Below are positions 48,580-58,982 of a DNA stretch of 64,000 bases, piece after piece (positions within the stretch are counted from its first letter, which is position 1; each line of letters starts with the position of its first letter). The translations under genes were made by a program, and so were the position numbers. Below the pieces are notes generated by a model that had not been told where the DNA came from, ran no database searches, and saw only the letters and a program-made list of their open reading frames with translations. The stretch comes from Candidatus Cloacimonadales bacterium (GTDB lineage Bacteria > Cloacimonadota > Cloacimonadia > Cloacimonadales > JAIOQZ01): positions 1,376,001-1,440,000 of the forward strand of contig OY762463.1 in NCBI GenBank assembly GCA_963665815.1, given 5' to 3'.

Positions 48580-49449
48580 ATGAATAAGAAAACAGGTTTT
48601 ATCACAGGAATCTCAGCTTATGTATTCTGGGGAGTTGCACCCATCTTCTGGAAAGCTATTACAGGAGTTGATGCTCTTTATATGCTCAACAGTCGTATTC
48701 TCTGGTCTTTCCTGTTTCTCATTGTATATTTCTTGTTCACGGGTAAATTAAAAACCATTAAAACCAGATTAACCAAGCATAATCTCCTTACAACTCTGCT
48801 ATCAGGTGTACTTATATCTGTAAACTGGGGAATATTTATTTATGCAATTTTTATCAATAGAGTTACCGAAGCCAGTCTGGGCTACTTCATCAACCCCTTA
48901 TTCTTTGTGTTTCTCGGGCTTATCTTTCTCAAGGAGAAAGTAAATACCTTTCAGAAAGCTGCCATCGTCACAGCCGGAATTGGTGTATTGTATCTGATAT
49001 TCATATATGGGAAAATTCCCTGGATTGCTCTTTGCCTGATATCTACATTCAGCGTTTATGGTTTGATCAAGAAGCAGTCGCAGCTAAAATCAATAGAAAG
49101 TCTGTTTCTGGAAACTGCCTGGCTGGTAATTCCGGCAGCAGCATTTATCATTTACTTTGAGTTAACAGGTAAAGGTGTGTTCTTTGACTCAGGCTTAAAA
49201 AACATGATTCTGGTTCCCCTTTCAGGTCCGGTCACAGCATTTCCTTTACTCTTGTTTGCAGCATCAGCAAAAAGAATTACACTAATAAACGTTGGATTCC
49301 TGCAATATATTGCGCCAGTATTACAGTTTCTACTTGGAGTATTGATTTATAAGGAAGAGTTTCCAATGGTTAAGGCTGTTGGTTATTCAATAATCTGGGC
49401 AGCAATATTGATATATCTCGTTAGTCTTAGAAAAATAAAAAAATTGTAA
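48580..49449 (+). CDS. rarD: EamA-family transporter RarD
   Basis: AY..WG..P.FWK, NWG.FI.A, EASLGYFINPL, YGL.KK, GFLQYIAP. Confidence 0.92.
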   Translation: MNKKTGFITGISAYVFWGVAPIFWKAITGVDALYMLNSRILWSFLFLIVYFLFTGKLKTIKTRLTKHNLLTTLLSGVLISVNWGIFIYAIFINRVTEASLGYFINPLFFVFLGLIFLKEKVNTFQKAAIVTAGIGVLYLIFIYGKIPWIALCLISTFSVYGLIKKQSQLKSIESLFLETAWLVIPAAAFIIYFELTGKGVFFDSGLKNMILVPLSGPVTAFPLLLFAASAKRITLINVGFLQYIAPVLQFLLGVLIYKEEFPMVKAVGYSIIWAAILIYLVSLRKIKKL

Positions 49450-49452
49450 CTC

Positions 49453-50556
49453 TTACTTACTAGCAACAAGTGTTTTATATAATTCAAGATTCTTTTGGTA
49501 TGTATAGTCTCTTGAGAATTTCTCAACTGTTTTCATCCCCTCTTCCCCATATTGTTTCCTCAGTTCGGGAGAATCAATAAGTTTTATCAGTCCATCAGCC
49601 AATGCCTGACTGTTCTGCCTTTCTACCAGAACTCCATTTATACCATTCTGAACAGCTTCAGGTATACCACCTGTGTTCGTTCCTACAACAGGCAAACCTT
49701 GTGCCTGTGCGTCAAGAATGGAGGTACCAAGACCTTCTAATTTTGAAGCCATAACAAAAATATCGAAAAACTTAAGGAAATTTCCCACATCTTTCCTGAA
49801 TCCGGTAAATATAAAGTATTTCTGTAAGTTTTTAGAATTGATGAGTGCTTCCATTTGCTCCTTCAGAGCTCCATCTCCAACAGCTATGAAAGAGACATTT
49901 TTCCTTTCTCTGATTACATATTCAGCCGCTTCAATCAAATTAGGATAGTCTTTATGTCCGACAAAAGCAGCAATTGTACCTACAATAACATTATCAGCAG
50001 GAATGTTCAATGACTCCCTGAAATCTGCAGGAACAACAACTTCATCAAATTTATGCAAATCAACACCGCTATGAATAGTTACCAATTTGTTTTCATCAAC
50101 TCCATCCTGCAAAAGTACATTTCTGATACCTTTAGAGATACAGACAATTTTATTCATCTTTTCGGAAAAATATTTTCTTCTGCTGAAATAATTGCTGCGA
50201 ATATGAAAGTCAACTCTTCTTACACCTATCAAAATCACTGAAGGCATGAAAAATTTTGCAATAAGTCCCAATCCCATTGCATGGGCTGTATGAAGATGCA
50301 ATACATTAAAATTATGTTTTCGACAAATTCTGGAAATTCTATATCCTGCCGGTATATCCAACTCGCCCCTGACTCTGATTGCAAAATGAGGAAGCCCTTT
50401 CTTGTAGCAATATTCCTCGAGTTCGTAACCTTTTTTACATAGCATGGCAGTATCATAACCATTTTCAGACATTTTTTCAAACAGATAGACAGCTTGCTGC
50501 TGTCCTCCCCGCCAGCCTTTCTCTGTATCAATATGGAGAACCTTAAAACTACTCAT
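49453..50556 (-). CDS. Glycosyltransferase family 4
   Basis: HIDTEKGWRGGQQQ, RRVDF, HK, EGLGTSILDA, GGIPE; start reassigned to MSSFK. Confidence 0.9.
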   Translation of the reverse strand: MSSFKVLHIDTEKGWRGGQQQAVYLFEKMSENGYDTAMLCKKGYELEEYCYKKGLPHFAIRVRGELDIPAGYRISRICRKHNFNVLHLHTAHAMGLGLIAKFFMPSVILIGVRRVDFHIRSNYFSRRKYFSEKMNKIVCISKGIRNVLLQDGVDENKLVTIHSGVDLHKFDEVVVPADFRESLNIPADNVIVGTIAAFVGHKDYPNLIEAAEYVIRERKNVSFIAVGDGALKEQMEALINSKNLQKYFIFTGFRKDVGNFLKFFDIFVMASKLEGLGTSILDAQAQGLPVVGTNTGGIPEAVQNGINGVLVERQNSQALADGLIKLIDSPELRKQYGEEGMKTVEKFSRDYTYQKNLELYKTLVASK

Positions 50557-50944
50557 TAGTCCTTTTTCTTTTATCCATAAACAAGTCAAGCGATAAGAAT
50601 ACAAGAATTATAACAAAAATTATAATCTGAGGGATCGAACTCCTAATCACTTGAGGATGTAGAAGAAGACCAAGAATCAAATATGTAGAAAAGTTCGCAA
50701 TAATGTATCCGATAGGTATATAACTTACAAAGCCTTTTACTTTGATTTTTTTAAGTCCTTTCAAGACTTGCATGGCTCCAACAAGTATCAGGAGTACTCC
50801 CCCCTGATAAATCATAATTCGTGTTGATCCAATTGTTATCATATCGGAAATACTCTCAGACAAGGCTTTCAGCTGTACAATTTCACCATAGATCAAGTGC
50901 ACAACTCCAACCAGAATAATCAATATACCGGAAATAAGTGCCAT
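50549..50944 (-). CDS. Small 4-TM membrane protein
   Basis: Four hydrophobic segments; GAGG RBS. Confidence 0.7.
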   Translation of the reverse strand: MALISGILIILVGVVHLIYGEIVQLKALSESISDMITIGSTRIMIYQGGVLLILVGAMQVLKGLKKIKVKGFVSYIPIGYIIANFSTYLILGLLLHPQVIRSSIPQIIIFVIILVFLSLDLFMDKRKRTNE

Positions 50945-50958
50945 ATTACCTCTCTTTG

Positions 50959-51795
50959 CTATTTAAGCTCATTTAAGCCCGTTAACCTACTGAAAACCTC
51001 TTTCCCCTTTGAAAAATATTGTTGTTTGAAATGTAGATCATCTCTATAATATTCATCAGGTAAAAATGAAATTTTATCGAAATAATTATCCATTAAATCC
51101 GACATTGTTCCCTCTATTAGGTATTTGCTCTTAAATTGTTTGATATCATTTATTTTAGATTCCCTGAGTGGAGGAGAAAGTACTTCAAATTCGATTCCAT
51201 GTTCTCTTGTCAGTTCTACAAATTTCTGCAAATACTCCCGAGTGATTTCTGAGATAAAAACGTCAGGTTCTTCAACTTCAAAATCCGGAGCAAAATAATT
51301 AATTGCAACAGGAGGAAATCTGGCGAGAAAATAAAGCGGATAACTCCTGATCTGCTTATATACATTGTCAGTAAAATACTTCTTATATTCTTTCTTGTAG
51401 AAAGGTTTTAGGAAATGATTATATGAGTATATATGATCTATGTTGTTGGAAAATGAGAATGGATTATAAAAGAAAAAGACCTTTTTTACTTCTGAGTTTT
51501 TTTCAAGAAAATTTCTGAGCAAAAAATAATGACCAATAACATCTATTGCCTGATTGCAGGCTAAGTTAACAATTCCGTTTTCTCCTGATTTTATATATTC
51601 ATATGTACTCCCGGCAACACTATCCCCCATTAGAAGGATTTGCGCTCCATAAATCTCTTTCTTTGATAATTCAATTTTGCTGTAAACTCTCCTATTAGGT
51701 AACAATTTTGTATATATTCCACTCAACTCAATAACCCAGCAGATGCTGATGAAAAGCAAAGAAAATGTAATTGATTTTAATATAAATTTTCTCAT
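50959..51795 (-). CDS. SGNH-like membrane-anchored protein (MBOAT partner)
   Basis: Start MRKFILK; N-terminal TM, GDS, VNLA and DDLH (DxxH). Confidence 0.7.
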   Translation of the reverse strand: MRKFILKSITFSLLFISICWVIELSGIYTKLLPNRRVYSKIELSKKEIYGAQILLMGDSVAGSTYEYIKSGENGIVNLACNQAIDVIGHYFLLRNFLEKNSEVKKVFFFYNPFSFSNNIDHIYSYNHFLKPFYKKEYKKYFTDNVYKQIRSYPLYFLARFPPVAINYFAPDFEVEEPDVFISEITREYLQKFVELTREHGIEFEVLSPPLRESKINDIKQFKSKYLIEGTMSDLMDNYFDKISFLPDEYYRDDLHFKQQYFSKGKEVFSRLTGLNELK

Positions 51796-51803
51796 GGGAC
51801 CAC

Positions 51804-53240
51804 CTAAAACTGGAAATATATGAATTTTTGCTTTATTCCACCCATCCACATGATACTGAATATTAGAAGGCAATAAATAATCCACCTGATAAATCTGTAT
51901 GGAATTTCCTTTTGAATATCCAATGCATGTGTTTTCTTTCGCTGAATCCATTCTATGAATACAAAAACAGCAACAACCAGCAATTTTCTGTGAGGCATTA
52001 CATCTGGATAAGTAAATAAAGATCGGTCAAAAATTCCTTCGAGATAGAGCAATGCATCTTTCACTGTTTCTGCCCTGAAGAATATCCAGGCAATAACTGT
52101 CATGATAAATGTCGTAAGAATTTGAAAAGACTCTTTGAAATTTGGTAAGAAACTATTTTCTGCAGCAATATCTGTGTTTTGCCTATTTCGTTTTGACAAT
52201 AAAAGGGGAAGAAAGTATAAAGCGTTTAGCATACCCCATGCGATAAATGTCCAATTCGCTCCATGCCAGAAACCGCTGACAATAAATATAATAAAAGTAT
52301 TTCGCACTTTCTTGAGCATTGTACCTCGGGATCCACCAAGGGGAATATAAAGGTAATCTCTGAACCATGTAGATAAAGAGATATGCCATCTTCTCCAGAA
52401 CTCTGCAATATCTCTTGAAAAATAGGGGTATGCGAAATTTCGCATTAACTCGAAACCAAACAACTTTGCCGTACCAATCGCAATATCTGAATAAGCAGAG
52501 AAATCTCCATAGATTTGGAATGAAAAGCAGATTGCTCCAACAACAAGAACGGAACCTGAATGATCTGCATAATTATTGAATATTGTATTTGCATAATATG
52601 CCATTGAATCTGCTATAACAATTTTCTTGAAAAGACCCCATAATATCTGCCTCATACCATCATTAGCTTTATTGTAATCGAATTTTCTCTGCTTATAAAA
52701 CTGAGGTAAGAGGTGAGTTGCTCTTTCGATAGGTCCGGCAACCAATTGAGGGAAAAAGCTGACGAAAGCAAAGAAGGAAAAAATATCATTCGTAGGAGTC
52801 AGTTTCTTTTTATAGACATCAATTGAATAACTCAAAGTCTGAAATGTATAAAAACTAATACCAACAGGAAGTACTACTCTCAATCGGTATGGGTCAAAGT
52901 GAGATCCAAACAATGTAAATGCATTTGCAAAGCTTTCAGCAAAAAAGTTATAATATTTAAAAAAGCCAAGAAATCCGAGGTTGATTATTAAACTCATTAA
53001 AAGAAATACTTTTCGTTTAGCATTTGATTCCGTTTTACTCATTAGTAACGCAACATAATAATCAACAAAAGAGCTGAAGGCAATTAAGAAAAGAAATCTC
53101 CAATCCCACCAACCATAAAAAACATAGCTGGCAACAACAAGAAATATATTTTGATACTTCACATCTTTGTTATCTAACAACCAGTAAATCAGAAACACTA
53201 AAGGTAAAAAAACAGCAAATTCTATTGAATTAAACAACAT
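51804..53240 (-). CDS. MBOAT family O-acyltransferase (AlgI/PatA-like)
   Basis: MLFNS, FFKYYNFF, LPVGISFYTFQ, FFPQLVAGPIER, FWRRWHISLS, SGFWHGA, FIYFQF. Confidence 0.95.
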   Translation of the reverse strand: MLFNSIEFAVFLPLVFLIYWLLDNKDVKYQNIFLVVASYVFYGWWDWRFLFLIAFSSFVDYYVALLMSKTESNAKRKVFLLMSLIINLGFLGFFKYYNFFAESFANAFTLFGSHFDPYRLRVVLPVGISFYTFQTLSYSIDVYKKKLTPTNDIFSFFAFVSFFPQLVAGPIERATHLLPQFYKQRKFDYNKANDGMRQILWGLFKKIVIADSMAYYANTIFNNYADHSGSVLVVGAICFSFQIYGDFSAYSDIAIGTAKLFGFELMRNFAYPYFSRDIAEFWRRWHISLSTWFRDYLYIPLGGSRGTMLKKVRNTFIIFIVSGFWHGANWTFIAWGMLNALYFLPLLLSKRNRQNTDIAAENSFLPNFKESFQILTTFIMTVIAWIFFRAETVKDALLYLEGIFDRSLFTYPDVMPHRKLLVVAVFVFIEWIQRKKTHALDIQKEIPYRFIRWIIYCLLIFSIMWMGGIKQKFIYFQF

Positions 53241-53330
53241 ATAGAATCATCCTCAGGCAAATATAGTTAATCAACAGCATATAAAAACAAATGATAATTG
53301 TCAACAAATATTTGGCATTGTTAATACTTA

Positions 53331-56300
53331 TTAGTTATTTAACAATTTTGTAAGAATTGCACTCAGCTCATGTGTCTGATAAGGTTTTTTTATGAATCCT
53401 TCCAACCCTCTTCTATTGAGTTCTTCAAGATTACTCACTGTTGTATAACCTGTTGAAAGTATTATCGGTACATCATTTCTTATTTCCTTAATTTTCAGGA
53501 ATGCTTCTGTACCGTTCATTTTAGGCATTATCATATCAAGAATCACAAGATCTATTTCATCTTTCTTTTCTGAAAACAATTCCACACCTTCAGTTCCATC
53601 TTCCGCGAGAATAACTCTGTATCCCAGTTCTTCGAGAATAAATCTGCCTGTTACCCTGATGCTATATTCGTCGTCAACAAGGAGAATCGTTCCTTTTCCG
53701 CGTGGAATTTCTTGAGATACTACGCTTTCCCTGACTTTGTTGATGGAACAGGGAAGTAATATTGTTACACATGTCCCCTTTCCAACCTCACTCTCTATTG
53801 ATATCGTACCTCTATGTTCAACAACTGTAGAATATACAATTGATAACCCTAATCCTGTCCCCTCATCTTTACCCTTTGTTGTAAAAAAAGGTTCGAATAT
53901 CCTTGCAACATTCTGAGGACTCACTCCTTTACCATTATCTTCTACTTTAATTTCCACAAACAATCCGGGATCAATCTCAAATGGACTTTTATAACAAAAT
54001 TCCTGATCCAAAACCTTGTTTTGCGTAGAGATCTTTATAAATCCTGACTCATTCAAAGCATGAGTTGAGTTAATACAGAGATTCATCAATGCATTCTGAA
54101 TAGCTGAACTATGACCGCTTATAATATCATCTTCAGCTTCGGGTAATATATCAATATCAATCATCTTAATATTCGTATTCTTGAGAATAGAGACTGTATC
54201 AACAATAATCTGGTGAATATTCAAAGATTGTGACTGGCTCTCTTCATCTCTGGAGAAGGCCAGCAACTTAGAAGTTAGATCAGCTGCTCTGACAGTCAAT
54301 TGCTGTATCATTGCCAACAGTTTCTTAGCCTTATCATCCAGGTTTCTTTTAGGAGACTTCAATAGCTGAACAGAACCCATAATCCCACTGAGCATATTAT
54401 TAAAATCATGTGCCACTCCCCCTGCCAATTGTCCTAATGCCTCCATCTTTGTATGATGATTTAACTGCTGTGTCAAATTAGCCCTCATACACTCATCTTC
54501 TTTAAGTTTTGTAATGTCTTCCGCTACATTCATATAATTCGTTATATTCCAGTTCTCATCAAACACAGGTGAGACATTGGATAGCGTCCAGAACAAATCT
54601 CCATTCTTTTTCTTTGTCTGCATCTCTCCCTGCCAGACTCGTCCTTTCAGAATAATTTTGTGCATCTCATCATAGATTTTACTATTTTCATTATCTGGTC
54701 TCAGCATATCAGGAGTTTGTCCTTTTATGTCGTCAAGCTTGAAACCTGTAACTTCTGTAAACTTTGGATTCACGTAATCAATCTTTCCACGATCATCAGT
54801 AATCAGAATCAATGAAGGACTCTGTGTAACTGCAGTAGAAAGTTTTCTAAGCATTTCCAAAGCTTCAACTTTTTTAGAAACATCTCTTGCAGCAATCACC
54901 GCTCCGGAAATCTCTTTATTTTCATTGTAGTAAGGAGAAATTGTAAACTCAAACACCTTTCTATCCGGATTAGCTATTTCTGCTTTAAACTCTGTAATTT
55001 CTCCGGAAAGGCAGGTTGATAAATTTGATTTCAGGATTTCAGTAAACTCATTGTCTGCATGTGCATTATAAATACTCATGCCTTGAAAATCCTCTATTCC
55101 CGGAATAAATGTTATTGCATAGTTTCTGTTTACAACAAGATATTCCATATTTTTACTTATCAATGCCAGCATATTTGTTGAATTAGACACTATAGTTTCA
55201 TAATGTTTTAAAAGATTTTTTGCATCCTTGAGATGAGATATCATTCTAGCCTGCTGAATATTCTGATATGCTTTCTGAGACAGTTGATTTGCAAGTGTAA
55301 ACATTAATTGAGCTATATCATTGAATTTTTTATATCCTGTTATTGGCAGTTCGTTATATGCAGTTCTAAACTCATTAACTCCTATTTTATTTTCTGCTGC
55401 CAATCTTGTCAGATCCTTTTCCTGCAAATCTGTATCTTTTACCTGTCCAATTAACCAGGTTGCAATATGCTTGTCATGAATCATTATTTTAGTACCCGCA
55501 TCCAGAAGACCGGTTACCGGGCACCTCTTGATTAAAGGCTTATTACCGGAGGAGTTGCCTATTCCTTTTACAAATTTTACACAATTTTCTTCGCATAATT
55601 CCTTATTACCAATTATCATTTGGCAAATATTCTGAACATTACTCGGAATAGTTATTGTTTTTCCTGAGGGTTTCATTATCACAGAAGCTATTCCATATGC
55701 CCGGGCAAAGTCATCCTGTAACTTCTGTATTTCCTGCACATTAAATAATGATTCAAATGTAATGTTACCAGTACTTGTTATCGGTTCTGTCAAGGCTATT
55801 ATTCTTTTCTCAATTGCTTTTTCTACACGCTTCTTAACTGAGATATCCCTGAAAACGCAGTATGTCTGTTTAAAGCTGCCATCCTGCTTTGTACCTATCA
55901 TCCCATCAAATGCAATATCCAGGTAATGACCTTTCTTATGCCTGATCTTAAATTCTACACCATTGATAAATCCTCTCTTTTTGAAAGCTGGAAAGTTCTT
56001 ATCAAAATGTTGTTTCCAGTCTTCGTGAAGCAAATCTGCAAAGCTTTGCCCAATTACATCTGAGTCATCATAACCAAGCGTTTTCTGCCAGGCAGGATTA
56101 ACATCAATCAGGTTCCCATTTTCATCGAGTGATTGATAAGCCAGAGGTGCATTATCATATAATGCTCTGAATTTTTTTTCGCTCTGAATAAGTGAGTTTT
56201 CTGTCTCTACTCTTTCTGTCACATCCCGCATTATACCCAACATAACTTTTTCACCTGACTCATGTCTTTTAATGATAAAACCCATATCCTCAATATGCCC

Positions 56301-57689
56301 ATAAGTTCCATCTTCTTTAAGGAATCTGTATACACTCTCAAATGTTGACTCCTCTCTTATCGCTTTGTCCAGTGTTTCTATGGTTCTGACTTTGTCATCA
56401 GGGTGAAGCTTTGATGTCCAGTCATCAAAAGAATAACTGCTGAATGCTTCAACTGAATACCCCGTCACACCCTCAATATCTCCAGTCCAACTAATTCTAC
56501 CAGTACAGGGGTGATAGTTATATGTTATCTGTCCAGGAAGCTGAGTTATCAATCTGAATTCTTCGGTCTTATCTGATAACTCTTTAGATATCCTCTTGTT
56601 TTCACTGCTTTGAGCTTTGAGAGTATAAATAATATTATCATATACTGACAACATGGCATTTGATCTGATTAAGTCTTCCAGATTAAACTTTTCCTCATTA
56701 TTGTTACTAATTGCGAGTTTAGCATTAGCTTCCACAAACTCAATATATTGACTAAGTGGAAAGATTTGTAATAAGAACCAATTCAAACTTTTGATGTAAC
56801 CACTATATACAATCAGATCCTCTCCCGAATTATCCTTCAGAATGTCACTGAAACTTTCGTTTTCAGCAATGTCATCCAATATCTTAATCCCAAATCCTTT
56901 CCCTAAGGAATCGATTTTTCTAAAGATAATTTTCCCTTTTTCTTCAATTGGAATATCTGAAACCGAAGAATCTGATAAAATTTCTCCTCTTTTGTTAGTA
57001 AGTAGATATCTGTGATGTTTCACGAAGGATTCGAAAATGTCTTCTGAGAAAAAAGATTTTACAGGGGTATCTATGCTCCATAATCCAACAAATTCATTCT
57101 TAACATAAACAGGAATAGATGCTGAGATTATCAATCCTTCTCCGGCATAATCAATCGTCGGCTTTGTCCATCTTATTTCTCTATCAGGATTAATGTCCGG
57201 TTCTACAGTCTTAAATGTATGATATTCAAGCCAGTTGAAATCAGGAGTAATTGCAGTTTTCATATCTATATATGGATACTGAATAGATACATTCTCTATA
57301 TCCTGATAATAAATCCAGGCAGCTCCATCGAGGCTTTTTCGTATTTTCTTAAGAGTTTCCCCAAAATTTCTCAAAGCATAGATACGTTTTCTGATTTCTA
57401 TATCATCATTCTTGTCAGGTTGCCAGAAATAGCTCATCCCGGTATCTGAGAGTTTATTATTCCTGAAATCCCTCAAATCCTGCAATGGTTGAAAGAAACC
57501 ATCCTCATCCACTCCAAATTTACTGTCAATCCAATGATTAACATTAGTAGAATCAGGGTTTGCTTCGGAAAATATCATCTCTGTCAGAGTTTTCAATTGA
57601 TCAAGAGCAAAAAAGTAATTAGATAATCTGCATTCTATGGTATTCATACAAGATTTAAAATGGAGAAAAAAAACATCTTTATTGAACAT
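53331..57689 (-). CDS. Hybrid sensor histidine kinase (dCache-like, multiple PAS, PocR, HisKA, HATPase, receiver)
   Basis: WT.P.ID.AG.GLIISAS.PVY Cache motif; LHPDD PAS; GLLDAGTKI...ATWLIGQV PocR; GGVAHDFNNML; FEPFFTTK; LLVDDE...LDMIMP. Confidence 0.92.
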   Translation of the reverse strand: MFNKDVFFLHFKSCMNTIECRLSNYFFALDQLKTLTEMIFSEANPDSTNVNHWIDSKFGVDEDGFFQPLQDLRDFRNNKLSDTGMSYFWQPDKNDDIEIRKRIYALRNFGETLKKIRKSLDGAAWIYYQDIENVSIQYPYIDMKTAITPDFNWLEYHTFKTVEPDINPDREIRWTKPTIDYAGEGLIISASIPVYVKNEFVGLWSIDTPVKSFFSEDIFESFVKHHRYLLTNKRGEILSDSSVSDIPIEEKGKIIFRKIDSLGKGFGIKILDDIAENESFSDILKDNSGEDLIVYSGYIKSLNWFLLQIFPLSQYIEFVEANAKLAISNNNEEKFNLEDLIRSNAMLSVYDNIIYTLKAQSSENKRISKELSDKTEEFRLITQLPGQITYNYHPCTGRISWTGDIEGVTGYSVEAFSSYSFDDWTSKLHPDDKVRTIETLDKAIREESTFESVYRFLKEDGTYGHIEDMGFIIKRHESGEKVMLGIMRDVTERVETENSLIQSEKKFRALYDNAPLAYQSLDENGNLIDVNPAWQKTLGYDDSDVIGQSFADLLHEDWKQHFDKNFPAFKKRGFINGVEFKIRHKKGHYLDIAFDGMIGTKQDGSFKQTYCVFRDISVKKRVEKAIEKRIIALTEPITSTGNITFESLFNVQEIQKLQDDFARAYGIASVIMKPSGKTITIPSNVQNICQMIIGNKELCEENCVKFVKGIGNSSGNKPLIKRCPVTGLLDAGTKIMIHDKHIATWLIGQVKDTDLQEKDLTRLAAENKIGVNEFRTAYNELPITGYKKFNDIAQLMFTLANQLSQKAYQNIQQARMISHLKDAKNLLKHYETIVSNSTNMLALISKNMEYLVVNRNYAITFIPGIEDFQGMSIYNAHADNEFTEILKSNLSTCLSGEITEFKAEIANPDRKVFEFTISPYYNENKEISGAVIAARDVSKKVEALEMLRKLSTAVTQSPSLILITDDRGKIDYVNPKFTEVTGFKLDDIKGQTPDMLRPDNENSKIYDEMHKIILKGRVWQGEMQTKKKNGDLFWTLSNVSPVFDENWNITNYMNVAEDITKLKEDECMRANLTQQLNHHTKMEALGQLAGGVAHDFNNMLSGIMGSVQLLKSPKRNLDDKAKKLLAMIQQLTVRAADLTSKLLAFSRDEESQSQSLNIHQIIVDTVSILKNTNIKMIDIDILPEAEDDIISGHSSAIQNALMNLCINSTHALNESGFIKISTQNKVLDQEFCYKSPFEIDPGLFVEIKVEDNGKGVSPQNVARIFEPFFTTKGKDEGTGLGLSIVYSTVVEHRGTISIESEVGKGTCVTILLPCSINKVRESVVSQEIPRGKGTILLVDDEYSIRVTGRFILEELGYRVILAEDGTEGVELFSEKKDEIDLVILDMIMPKMNGTEAFLKIKEIRNDVPIILSTGYTTVSNLEELNRRGLEGFIKKPYQTHELSAILTKLLNN

Positions 57690-57827
57690 ACTACCTCTTG
57701 AATGTAATTAATGTTTATTATTCATAACATAGACAATGATCTCTATTTTGTCAATGTTTATGATATTCAACAACTTTAGTGAAAATTTTTTGTTGTAATT
57801 GTTTCAGATATCCAGTATTTTGTATTA

Positions 57828-58982
57828 ATGGATATTATTAAGTTTAACATTGTAAAAAGAAAACTTTTCGAAGTCATTATTATACTTGCAGCAACAATAC
57901 TGCTATCTGAGCTTGTGTTCAGACTTCACCTGAGCATAGAAAGAAACAAAGAGCAACAGAATCTGTTCTTGATAAACTCTTATGTTGCTCAGGAGATTCA
58001 GAGAAACCTCTCAGAAGGTATATCCTCCCTCAATGCTATGGAATACATTCTTAAACTAAACAATTTTAGTACAGAATCATTTGATAGCTGGAAAACGACA
58101 CTTTTTGATCAGTACAATAAAATCTCTGCAATACAGTTAGCTCCAAACGGAGTTGTAAGGAAAATCTACCCTATTGAGAACAACGAAAAAGCAATCGGAC
58201 ATGATCTTCTGAAGGATAAACGAAGGAAAAAGGGGGCATTGAGAGCAATCAATGCTAAAGAAATAACTGTTATAGGTCCTTTAACACTGATTCAGAATGG
58301 TCGCAAAGCAATAATAGCGAGAAAGCCTGTATTCAAAGAGAATGAGTTCTGGGGGTTTGTTATTGTTTTAATTGATTTAAAGGACAAGCTGCTGAAGGAA
58401 ATGTCCGACATCGACCAGAAAAATCTATATTACCAGCTGGAGGGGAATAATCCGGATGATGATGATAACCCCATTATTGCACAAAATACTGATTCCTCAT
58501 CAGGCTGGATGTCTGAGTTTCCGATAATCCTTCCAAACAGCAAATGGGTTCTGAAGCTTAAGTACAAACATTTGGTTTATGCCGAGAGACATGAGCATAT
58601 ACTGATATTAACAGTATTCTTGTTTACGGCTGTTCTGTTCTCACTGCTTAGAATAAGAATGCTTAATAAAGCAGAAAAGCTTAAGGAACTTGAAGAAAGA
58701 AATACAATACTTGCTGCAGGAATAACCGCCAATCATGAGATTAAACAGCCCCTTTCTGTTATTCAAATGTATGTTGATATGATATATGCTATCTGCCAGA
58801 AGCATAATGTAACAGAATTTCAGAGATTTTATCCAAAAGTTATTGACTCAATAGAGCGAATCACAAAGATTCTCGACAGATTCAACAACATTGATTCATA
58901 TCACATTGATGACTATGTTAAAGGAATAAAAATGGTCGTTTTTGACGATAAAAAGGATAATGAAAATGAAAAAAATGATTAG
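57828..58982 (+). CDS. CHASE-domain membrane sensor with H-box but no ATPase domain
   Basis: Two TMs, CHASE motifs QLAPNGVV, AIGHDL, GP.TLIQ.G and FWG; ANHEIKQPL followed by a short tail ending YVKGIKMV. Confidence 0.8.
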   Translation: MDIIKFNIVKRKLFEVIIILAATILLSELVFRLHLSIERNKEQQNLFLINSYVAQEIQRNLSEGISSLNAMEYILKLNNFSTESFDSWKTTLFDQYNKISAIQLAPNGVVRKIYPIENNEKAIGHDLLKDKRRKKGALRAINAKEITVIGPLTLIQNGRKAIIARKPVFKENEFWGFVIVLIDLKDKLLKEMSDIDQKNLYYQLEGNNPDDDDNPIIAQNTDSSSGWMSEFPIILPNSKWVLKLKYKHLVYAERHEHILILTVFLFTAVLFSLLRIRMLNKAEKLKELEERNTILAAGITANHEIKQPLSVIQMYVDMIYAICQKHNVTEFQRFYPKVIDSIERITKILDRFNNIDSYHIDDYVKGIKMVVFDDKKDNENEKND

